Assembly: GCF_006345805.1 (NCBI RefSeq)
Contig: NC_043008.1
Coordinates: 38,254,001 to 38,318,000, forward strand
Direction of reading: 5' to 3'
Length of the DNA: 64,000 nucleotides
DNA from: Octopus sinensis
Taxonomy: Eukaryota
Under the pieces are notes generated by a model. It worked only from the letters and a program-made list of their open reading frames with translations. It made no database searches and was not told the DNA's origin. This document shows, piece by piece, positions 1 to 10,836 of this stretch (its first letter is position 1; each line of letters opens with the position of its first letter). Position numbers and translations under genes: made by a program.

Positions 1-259
1 AGAAAGAGAGAGGGAGAGAGAGAGATGTGGCTAAAATGGTAGAGTGTTATTTGCATTACACAATATATAGTTATTTCCCCTTTATGTTCTATGTTCAAGT
101 CACATGAGAGACAACCTTACTTTTCCTCTTTCTGGGTAGAAGACAATAAAATAATTTCATGTGTGAAGTGGGATGGAGGTCAGATAAGGACAACCGTTTC
201 TTTCTGGTTACCTTTTCAGGTGACCTGGTATCAGTTCCAAATACTATAAGGTTGCTCCC

Positions 260-395
260 TCCTCGTTATCATCGTCATCGTCAGCATCATCATCATCACC
301 AACACCACCATCACCATCATCATCATCATCATCATCAACATCATCATCATCAACATCATCATCATCATCATCATCATCTTCATCATCATCATTAT
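260..395. repeat. (CAT/CAC)n trinucleotide microsatellite
   Basis: Direct reading. Confidence 0.95.
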
Positions 396-444
396 CACTT
401 TTGCATTCAGTTTTCCATGCTGATATACGTTAGGTGAGAATACT

Positions 445-665
445 AAGGCAGAAATGTTAGCATGCCAGGCAAAATGCTTAGCGATATTTCATCCGTCTTT
501 ACGTTCTGAGTTCAAATTCCACCAAGGTTAGATTTACCTTTCATCCTTTAAGAGTCGATTAAAAAAGTATCCGTCAAGCACTGGAGTCGATGTAATCGAT
601 TTAACTCAACAACCCCACACCAAAAGCAATTACTGGCCTCGTGTCAAAATTTGAAACCAATATTT
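445..665 (+). mobile_element. SINE family A (core ttctgagttcaaattcc...tttgcctttcatcc)
   Basis: Homologous to the well-preserved copy at 24269-24472. B-box-like gagttcaaattcc. Confidence 0.8.
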
Positions 666-709
666 AGGCATTATTTTATTATGACTGCATGAGCACGTTT
701 ATGTTTAAA

Positions 710-993
710 CATATATATATATATAATATATATATATATATTATACACAAATATATATACATATATATATATATATACACAATATATATACATATATATA
801 TATATATAGATGTAAATACATATATATATATATAATATATAATATATATATATATACAAATATATATATAGATGTAAATATATATATATATATACAAATA
901 AAATATTATTAGAGACAAAACCACTATTTTGCAAAACAAACAAGGAAAAACTTAATCAATACATAAATTTTAATAAATAGTCAAAAAAACCGC

Positions 994-1089
<96 letters not shown>

Positions 1090-1097
1090 TATACACA

Positions 1098-1128
<31 letters not shown>

Positions 1129-1148
1129 AATATATATACATATATATA

Positions 1149-1230
<82 letters not shown>

Positions 1231-1258
1231 CTATATACATACATATATATATATAATA
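710..1258. repeat. Two interrupted (TA)n blocks
   Basis: Direct reading, about 710-900 and 996-1258. Confidence 0.95.
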
Positions 1259-1884
1259 TTAGAATGCTGAAATTGCTTTGATTTCCAGTTGGTAACTGAT
1301 GAAAGGATCAGACCAGACTTTTGCATGTCCAACCAGACTGTCTTTTCATATTTCCAGTAAAAACAACTTGTCTATTTCTAAATTGGTTTTTGCAATACAA
1401 GTGTGTGTGTTTGTGTGTGTGTGTGTACATAATATACATATACACACACATATAGTAGTACTAGGAGGATGAAGAGGAGCAGCAGGAGCAGCAGAGGCTG
1501 CAATAGCATTTTGTTGTTGGTATTATTGCTCTGGCCATAGTCAGCTCTAACTGGGAAAATCTCTGATCAAAGCTTTCCAACTGTGTACATCTTATCTAAT
1601 TTTTTTTGCTTCAAGCATAGTCTGTCTAAGGCTTCCCACTCTGAATTAACATTCTTTCATTTATTTTTATAAAGATTAATAATATATAATTTAATGGTGA
1701 TTCATCTGCTATTTCTCGCAGGTCAAGTAACCTCATTGATGTGAATATTTGTAGTTTTATACAGAACTATATTTAGATTCCTATGATTTAGTATTTATTT
1801 CAAATAGTACGTTTTTAGTACAATGTTTATAGTCCATTATTTCATATGAAATAATAATAAACTTATTCAATTCAAATACATTTC

Positions 1885-2115
1885 AGAAGAAGGAAAAGTC
1901 TAAAGAATAAGAAGAAGGAGTGGCTGGTGGTGGTGGAGGAGGAGGAGAAGGAAAGGAAGAAGAAGAAGAAGAAGAAGAAGAAGAAGAAGAAGCTAGAAAA
2001 TTGTGAAGAAGACTGAGGATGAACAGGGAAAATATTGATGAAGAAAACCAAAGAAGATGATGACAACAAAAAACATTGGAGAAAAAAATAAAGAAAGAAA
2101 GAAAGAGAAAAAAAC
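1885..2115. repeat. Purine-rich (GAA/GGA)n low-complexity tract
   Basis: Direct reading. Confidence 0.9.
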
Positions 2116-2635
2116 TTGAAGTGGAACCATCATCGACATCATTGGTTTTATAGATCGGTTCTTGGAAGTTGGTATGGATGGGTTGAATGAATAATGACAA
2201 TGTAATGGAATGTAACAAACACAGCGGTAGCTTATGTTAACTATGGAATACGAAAGAAAATGAAGAAGAAGAAGTAAAAAAAAAACAAAGTTATTATAAA
2301 ATACTAAAGACAAACTGCAAACATTAATTTTACTAGATCACTCGGAAATTATATAGCTGACAAAATTACACTCGGGCACATTTAGTTTGCCAAATAAATC
2401 ATAACAACTAAAGATGTAAATAAAATAAAACTAAAATAAGAATATATAAAACAATGAAAATGTTTTTGAGAATAACGCATTGATAACTTTTAGAAATAGT
2501 AACATGTCTGTAAACAAGAGATTTGCATACGATATTTTGCCTCTTTTTTTTTTTTCATATAGAAACATGAAAAACTTGGTCTATGCTATTGATATAACCA
2601 GCAAATTTCAAGACAGGAATAATTTCTATATCTAT

Positions 2636-2637
<2 letters not shown>

Positions 2638-2694
<57 letters not shown>

Positions 2695-2711
2695 TATATA
2701 CATACATATAT

Positions 2712-2756
<45 letters not shown>

Positions 2757-2790
2757 ATATATATATATATATATCTATATATATATATAG

Positions 2791-2846
<56 letters not shown>

Positions 2847-3241
2847 ATGTATATATACATATATAGTAGTATCTGTGCAAGTGCATGTGTGTGTGTGTAA
2901 ATATATATATATATTGCTGTGAAATAATCCTGTCATATTTTTATTCCAAACTGTTCCATTTCAGAGGCTACATTGTAACCATTTTACAATAACATACACA
3001 CTTCAATCATAAAGCTCGAAAACTTCTAAAGGAAACATCTTAGAAAAGTTTTGTGATTATATTAGAATAAATACTATCCATGATTCCCTCTCTGTATATA
3101 TATATATATCTATATATATATATATATATAGATATATATATATATATATATATAATATATATATTATATATATATATATATATATATGTGTATATATATA
3201 TATATTATATATATATTATATATATATATTGTGTGTGTGTG

Positions 3242-3282
<41 letters not shown>

Positions 3283-3604
3283 TATATACATATATAATAT
3301 ATATATATATATACATGATGCATATGTATATACATATGTATGTAAATATATATATACATATATGTATATATATATATTATATATATATACACACACAAGG
3401 GTTCAGTCTCTCCTTTATATTTTTCATAAAATCTTTCAACCACAAACAAGAGTGAGACAACTTTTACTAGGGAAATCACATCATTATAGATTTATTCACT
3501 CTGCTAACATAAAATAAATCACAGGCATGAAATGAAAAAGAAATGAAACATTTGTAATGTGAATGCAATTCAGTGATAATGAGATTTTGGTCTGTGTTAT
3601 CCTC

Positions 3605-3642
<38 letters not shown>

Positions 3643-3741
3643 TATTATATTTATAACCATATCTACATTTCAAATAGAATATATACACATATATGTATAC
3701 ATACACACATTTACATATACATACATACATACATACATACA

Positions 3742-3805
<64 letters not shown>

Positions 3806-3825
3806 GTGTATGTATATGTATGCAA
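2638..3825. repeat. Cluster of (TA)n, (TG)n and (CATA)n microsatellites
   Basis: Direct reading. Confidence 0.9.
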
Positions 3826-4010
3826 GAGAATGGACAAACGGAAGAAGGGCACTCAACACATTTGTGAGTTATATGTATGGCTCAAAATGATTTGATTCAA
3901 ATTTCTTGGTACTTTAAGTTTCAAAACACGATGTTAATCCTCAGCCATCATGCTTTGGAATTTAAGGTACTAAGGAATTTTAACCAAAATCTTTTGATCA
4001 ATATATATAT

Positions 4011-4918
4011 TATGTCGAGTAAAAAGTAAGCAATATTTTGAACCATGAAGAAATTGTACCAGATTTTTGCATAGTTTTGAATTTTTAAACATTTTTTGTA
4101 ATTGTTTGATAATACAGACATAGACTTGCCCAAATGCATCAATAAATTAACATTGATATTTTTTCCCCGTTGTTACAATCATATGAAATGGAACTGTGAA
4201 AGCGCAATATTCAAGCAATTTTGCTATTCAACTTCAAAAAAGAACGTAAAGCAGCTGAAATTTCTCGTGATATCAATGGAACATTTGGTGATAAAATGAC
4301 CAGTGAGTGGCGAACTAGAAAATGGTGTAAACGATTTCGGTGTGGAGACCTGAGACTTGAAGATCGTGAGTGTAGTGGATGCCCATCTGTCATCAATGAT
4401 AATCAATTAAAGAGCGTTGTTTTGAGAAAGGTCCACGCAAAACCACTCGAGAACTGGCAAAAGAACTTCAATTAGCAAGAAAACTGCTCGACCACACGTT
4501 TCACTAATGACGCTCCAGAAGTTGAGAGAATTTGGCTACGATGTTCTTCCCCCACCCAACTTATTCCCCAAACCTTTCTCCTACTGACTACTGCTTTTTC
4601 AAGCACTTTGATGGTTTCCTGTGAGAGAAGGAGTTCAAAAGTCAAAGCGATGCTGAAAGTGCGTTCAAAGTGTTCATCAACTTCAGAACACCAGATATAT
4701 TTGTTACTGGAATGAACAAACTTGTAAGTCATTGGCAAAAATGTGTTGATTGTAAGCAACGTTTTGAAACATTGAAATTCATCAAAATAAGTTCTAACAA
4801 TGCGAAAATGTTCTTCATCAAAGTAAGTACTTCGATGAATAAAATTTCCACATTGTTAAAACATATTTTGATGAATTTCAATGTTTCAAAACGTTGCTTA
4901 CTTTTTTACTCAGCCTCA
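4011..4918 (+). mobile_element. Mariner DNA transposon, internally deleted and decayed
   Basis: Degenerate TIRs (tatgtcgagtaaaaagtaagcaatattttgaa at 4011; reverse complement of tttcaaaacgttgcttacttttttactcagc near 4884-4914). N-terminal HTH region (FNFKKERKAAEISRDINGTFG...KWCKRFRCGD...) joins near 4478 directly to C-terminal remnants (ARPH-like, TYSPNLSPTDYCFFK, LVSHWQKCVDC). The WVPHEL and first catalytic-D regions are missing. Confidence 0.85.
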
Positions 4919-4938
4919 CACACACACACAGTTATATA

Positions 4939-6329
4939 TTGGGTTGGCAAGAAAGTAATTTCATTTTTTTGCAAATAGATAGAGTGACAATTTTTTTGAA
5001 TGACTTCTGTCAATGTTACGAGTTTTCCGTTTGATATTTGGTACCCGTTAGTTTTAGCTTACTTCAGAAGCAAATTGAACGTAATTTTGTTTACAGCTGT
5101 TAGTTCAGTGTCAATTTTAACATGGAGTGCAAAACGAACATTTTCGCCATATTTTGCTTTTTTTTTATTTCTGTAAAGGCAAGAAAAGTACTGACGCTCA
5201 CAAAGAGATATGCGAAGTTTATGGTGTTGATTGCTTAACAGAACGCACATTGTTTAAAAAAATTCCTTTGGCGATTTTTCCCTCAAAGATGACCAACGTT
5301 CTGGTTGACCTACTGAAGTTGATGATGACCGATCAAAGCCATAATTGAATCAGATTGCAGAGCGGTTAAATGTATCACACACAACAATTGGAAATCACTT
5401 AAAATATCTTGGACTCGTTAAGAAGCTCGATATTGGGGTTCAGCATAAATTGAAAGTGATTCAGTTAACACAACGAATCAATATTTGCACTATGCATCTC
5501 AAACGAAATCGAATCGACCTTTATTTTGAAACGAATTATCACTGGTGATGAAAAGTGGATTGTCTACAATAACATCAATCGAAAACGATCATGGTCCAAG
5601 TGAGTGAACCAGTACAAACCGCATCAAAAACTGAATTGCATCAAAAAATTGTCATGCTGTCAATTTGGTATGATTACAAAGGTGTTGCGTATTTTGAGCT
5701 GTTTCCAAGGACGATCAATTCTGATATTTACTGCAATCTGATATTTACTGCAATTCTAAATATCCCATTACAGAATTCGTGTAAACGGAAGCAAACTTCG
5801 TTCCCATTGCCATTCCTTTAATTTAGATGTAATTCTTTACACTAAAGAGGAATGTGTTGTTTTCCAGAATAAGTCTGACTGTGTTTAACATAAAATTGAA
5901 GAAGCAATCAAAGAAAAATGGCCAGCATTGGCAAATCGTAAAGGAATCGTGCTCCACCATGACAATGGTAGACCACAATACGTCTTTGCTAACTCGTGAA
6001 AAATTATTGGAGCTTAGTTGGGAAGTGATATCACATCCATCATATCGCACTGACCTTGCATCATCAGATTACCATTTATTTCGAAGTTTGCAAAATTCTT
6101 TGAATTTTAAAACTTTCAATAATGATGATGACCTGAAATCGCACTTGCTTCAATTTTTGGCTGATAAGGACCAGAAGTTCTATGAGCATGGAATCATGAC
6201 GTTCGCAGAAAGATGACAAACGGTCATGAAACAAAATAGAAAATATATAATTGATTAAAGTCACATTTTTCTATATGAAACACTTTTATTTCACGCTAAA
6301 AAAAACGAAATTACTTTCTTGCCCACCCA

Positions 6330-6330
<1 letters not shown>
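4939..6330 (+). mobile_element. Near full-length mariner transposon (Hsmar1/cecropia-like TIR) with pseudogenised transposase
   Basis: TIRs ttgggttggcaagaaagtaatttc / gaaattactttcttgcccacccaa, flanked by TA on both sides. Transposase motifs lie in shifting frames: GVQHKL (WVPHEL-like), TGDEKW (5541-5558), HHDNGRP (5955-5975), HPSYRTDLASSDYHLF. Multiple frameshifts and stops. Confidence 0.93.
5755..5894 (-). mobile_element. 140-bp Penelope-like RT fragment inserted within the mariner transposase
   Basis: 7 mismatches in 140 bp versus 9550-9689. Minus strand reads NTVRLILENNTF...NYI*IKGMAMGTKFASVYTNSVMGYL and interrupts the mariner between INSDIYC and EAIKEK. Confidence 0.9.
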
Positions 6331-6360
<30 letters not shown>

Positions 6361-6475
6361 CGGCCCCCAAAGGCAAAGTTGATCTCAGTGGAATCTGAAC
6401 TCAGACTGTAAAAACAAACGAAATACTGCTAAGTATTTCGCCCAGCGAGCTAATGTTTCTGCCAGCTTGCGCCTT
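6361..6475 (-). mobile_element. SINE family A fragment
   Basis: aaaggcaaagttgatctcagtggaatctgaactcaga...ctgccagcttgcgcc is the reverse complement of the family A head. Confidence 0.75.
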
Positions 6476-6702
6476 CAAACCAATCATAATATTGATGATG
6501 CAATGACAGAGAATAGAGATTAGATGTGCTTGGGATTGTAAAACATCTGCAAGTGTATGCTTGCTGATCAAGTATACGTTTGCAAGCATGGTTAGTGTGG
6601 GAGGTACGTGAGTGAGTGCACGTTTGCCTAAAATAAAGAAATGGTCAAATAGTATTTGAAAACACTCATCTGGGATGGGAATGATTAATGTATGTATATA
6701 TA

Positions 6703-6781
<79 letters not shown>

Positions 6782-6817
6782 ATGTGTGTGTAGATATGTA
6801 TATATGTATATATATGT

Positions 6818-6864
<47 letters not shown>

Positions 6865-7225
6865 ATACACACACACACACATATATATATATATGTATGT
6901 ATATATGTATGTATGTATTTACGTTCATATATTTGTATATGTAGCATTAGTCCGTTGTTAGAAACTAGTTGACAAGTTAAGCATTTATTGTATGTCCACT
7001 CATTACATTGACAAGTACCGGCTGGTTGCTTTTCTCATCTGACTGGATGTGTCATTAGGCTACTGGCAAGGAAGTTTAACTGTGAACTTTTCCATTACAA
7101 AATCTTCTTACAATCACACATCGTTCTTTTGCTTACGTGTTAAACTTGAAGCAATACAATAGTGGAAGATTTCGAAGATATTTTTTTCTTAAACTTAACA
7201 GAACAACACGGAATAACCTATGAAA

Positions 7226-7297
<72 letters not shown>

Positions 7298-7546
7298 TTA
7301 TACATGTATGTATATATATATATAGATATATTCATATATTTATGCATATATGTTACTCTGGCATTAATAGCAAGAATGTAAGCAAAGAACATTAATGGAA
7401 GCTGGAATAAAATATGAAATATATATATATAAAATGTATTTAAGCCGACTTTGTGATTTTATATGTTAGCTCACTGTATTTAAATTTGCCTGTGTAACTC
7501 TAAGGTATGAATAAAAACCAAATCAACAACACAACGACGACGATGA

Positions 7547-7589
<43 letters not shown>

Positions 7590-7763
7590 TTGATGATATG
7601 AAAATAAAAATTAAGTGAGATTAATTCTCATCTCTTTAACATCATTAGGTTTCTAAAAGCAACAGGAGAATGTTATTGATCTATATGATGAAAAAACACT
7701 GAAATGATACATGCTCCTGTGTATATATACACACATACATACACACACACATATATGTGTGTG

Positions 7764-7794
<31 letters not shown>

Positions 7795-7997
7795 ATATAT
7801 GTATATATGTATATATATGTGTGTGGTGTATATAGATATAGCTACATATATACACACATACATAAACACACACACAAACATATATATACATGTATTTGTA
7901 TATATATATATATATATATACACACACATACATATCTATGTGTGTGTGTGCGTATGCATACGGATACGCACACATACAGATGCAAAAATCATAGAAA

Positions 7998-8205
7998 TAC
8001 ATACACAATACATGTACCATCAAGTAAATATACTGCTAAAAGCTAAAATGTTAAAATATCACTGAATCTGAACGAAAATGTTTTTTTTTATTTTGGGGAT
8101 TTAAAAAAATTCTAGTATGTTTAATTTGGAAACAGATAAATATTGATTCAATTTCTAGAAATGTAAAAATTTACAACATACATACATACATACATATATA
8201 TATAC

Positions 8206-8275
<70 letters not shown>

Positions 8276-8440
8276 GTATGTTGTAAATTTTACATTTCTA
8301 GAAATTGAATCATATATCTGTTTCTCATTAAACATACTAGATTTTTTAAATCCCCAAAATATTTTCGTTCAGATTCATGATATTTTAACATTTTAGCTTT
8401 TAGCAGTATATTTACTTGATGGTATGTATTGTGATATGTA
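7998..8440. repeat. Fold-back inverted duplication (~200-bp arms) centred on a (TA)n tract
   Basis: accatcaagtaaatatactgctaaaagc...tttacaacatacatac (about 8016-8195) is mirrored at about 8265-8423. Arm differences are mainly small indels. Confidence 0.92.
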
Positions 8441-8508
8441 TTGTATATATGTATATATATATATGTATATATGTATATATGCATATATATATATATATAT
8501 GTTATGTA

Positions 8509-8579
<71 letters not shown>

Positions 8580-8843
8580 TATATATTATAACATGTGTGT
8601 ACATATGTGTGTATGTACATATACATACATATATATATATATATATAAGTGCGTGTGTGTTCCTTATTCTGCAAAGTATTTATAGTAAGCAAAAATTTAA
8701 ATTGATATTTTTTTGCTGAAAAGTCAAAAGTTCCTAAACATGATGACATAAACATAAGAAATAATTCAATATTAGTCTACCAGTACAATGTAGTCACTTT
8801 TCTCTTTCTCTATCCCCGTTTTATATATATGAATATGGTGTAT

Positions 8844-8874
<31 letters not shown>

Positions 8875-9031
8875 CACACACACAAATGGTGAGTGCTTAC
8901 TCGCCACAGAATATGTGCACCTTTTGTATATCATTCAACAGTTAACTGTATAAATTGTATTGGGCGCCCGTTTGAATTTTGAGTCCTTTGATCTTTGACT
9001 AATATACATATATATATATATATATAACCAC

Positions 9032-9512
9032 CATCATCATCATCATCGTTTAACGTCCGCTTTCCACGCTGGCATGGGTTGGACGGTTTGACTAAGGACT
9101 GGAGAGCTAGAAGGCTGCACCAGGCTCCAATCTGATCTGGCAAAGTTTCTACAGCTGGATGCCCCTCCTAACGCCAACCACTCTGAGAGTGTACTAGGTG
9201 CTTTTACGTGCCACCGGCACAAGGGCCAGTCAGGCGGTTCTGGCAACGACCACGCTCAAAAGGTCTTTTTTACGTGCTACCTGCACAGGGGCCAGTCCGG
9301 CAGGACTGGCAACAACCAAGTTCGAATGTTGTTTTACCATGTGCCACTGGCACATTTCCCAGTTAGGTGACGCTGGCAACGATCACTCTCGAATGGTGCT
9401 TTTTACATGCCACCAGCACAAGAGCCAATAGCAGCCCTGGCAACAGTCACACTCAGATGGTGCCTTTAACGTTCCACTGGCACGAGTGCAAATCAGGTGG
9501 TACTGTCATTGG
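9032..9512 (-). mobile_element. Short retroposon family D ((GAT)n tail; ggaagggcatccagctgtag core) with internal ~66-bp subrepeats
   Basis: Plus strand catcatcgtttaacgtccgctttccacgctggcatggg...ctacagctggatgccc recurs at 14870-15200, 23445-23610 and 31081-31385, with tail pieces at 16826-16925, 40050-40105 and 52995-53035. Confidence 0.85.
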
Positions 9513-9514
9513 CA

Positions 9515-10010
9515 TCATCAGCGATTTTGATTCTTGGTAGAGTTGTTGATCTAAATATTCCATTACAGAATTCGTGTAAACGGGAGCAAACTTCGTTCCC
9601 ATTGCCATTCCTTTTATTTAGATGTAATTCTTTACACTAGAGAAGAAGGTGTTGTTTTCCAGAATAAGTCTGACTGTGTTTAATATAAATGGCACTGTGA
9701 ATCTGTTGGGGATCACGTGTCTATATTTTTCTATCCAGTATTTAATTGCCTTTATTCCTAAATCATGGGGAATATTGGTGTAAAGGCTTACCTCATCAAA
9801 ACTTAGTAGAAGTGAATTTGTTTCAGTTATTTTGGGAAGAAGGGACAGGATGTCAATGTCATCCCGGATGAAGCTGTCTATGTAGGTACACAGTGGCTTC
9901 AAAATAATGTCAATAAAATTACTTAGACGATGGGTAGGGCATGCTGGGCAAGCTATAATAGGTCTAAATTTTAAGCCAGTTTAATACATGAAAGTACTAA
10001 GTACAATCAG
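9515..10010 (-). mobile_element. Penelope-like element reverse transcriptase fragment, decayed
   Basis: Minus-strand translation FRPIIACPACPTHRLSNFIDIILKPL...LLSFDEVSLYTNIP...NYI*IKGMAMGTKFAPVY matches the PLE RT motifs RPII, SFDVxSLYTNIP and GxAMGxxxAP. Contains an in-frame stop. Confidence 0.88.
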
Positions 10011-10225
10011 CATGGACATATAATATTCTATCATTTCATTATATTATATCATATTATATCATATTATATTATATTATATATTATATTATATATTATATTA
10101 TATTATATTATTATAAGTTTGTAAATAAAACGGGAAAATCAAAGCTGGAATTTCTTTAAGTAATATATTCTTCTATACACAATCATACACACCTCTGTGT
10201 GTGTGAGTGTGTATATATAAATATA

Positions 10226-10256
<31 letters not shown>

Positions 10257-10321
10257 GCATATACATACGTGTGTGTGTGTTTGTGTGTATGCATGCATAA
10301 ATACAAATACACACACAGATA

Positions 10322-10389
<68 letters not shown>

Positions 10390-10836
10390 AGAGGTGGATA
10401 TATAAATAGGCTGATAGGCAGACAGATAAATCAACGTGGTATAATCAAGACATTTACTTTCTTTCCTGTCATTTAAAAATGACATAGTCTTTGTTCAGTA
10501 AAGAGATGACTGTAACAGAAATATCCAGCCTCATAGACAAAAGGTACAAAGCTGAGAGTTTTATTATTGTTGAGTCTACATAAGGAGGAGACATTGCTTG
10601 AATGCTCAAGAGTCCTTACTGTCTTATTTAAGTATTTCTACACGACAGATACTAGGAATAGTGACAGCTTCTTTCAGTTTCTAGCCAGCAAATCCACTCA
10701 GAAGGAATGGGGTTTTAGCAGAAGACACTTGCCCAAAGCTGCCATGCCATTAAACTCAATCTGAAGCCATGGAGTTAGGGATCAAACATCATCCTTAACT
10801 ACATAGTTATAGCTGCACCCATAAGTTAAAATAAAA

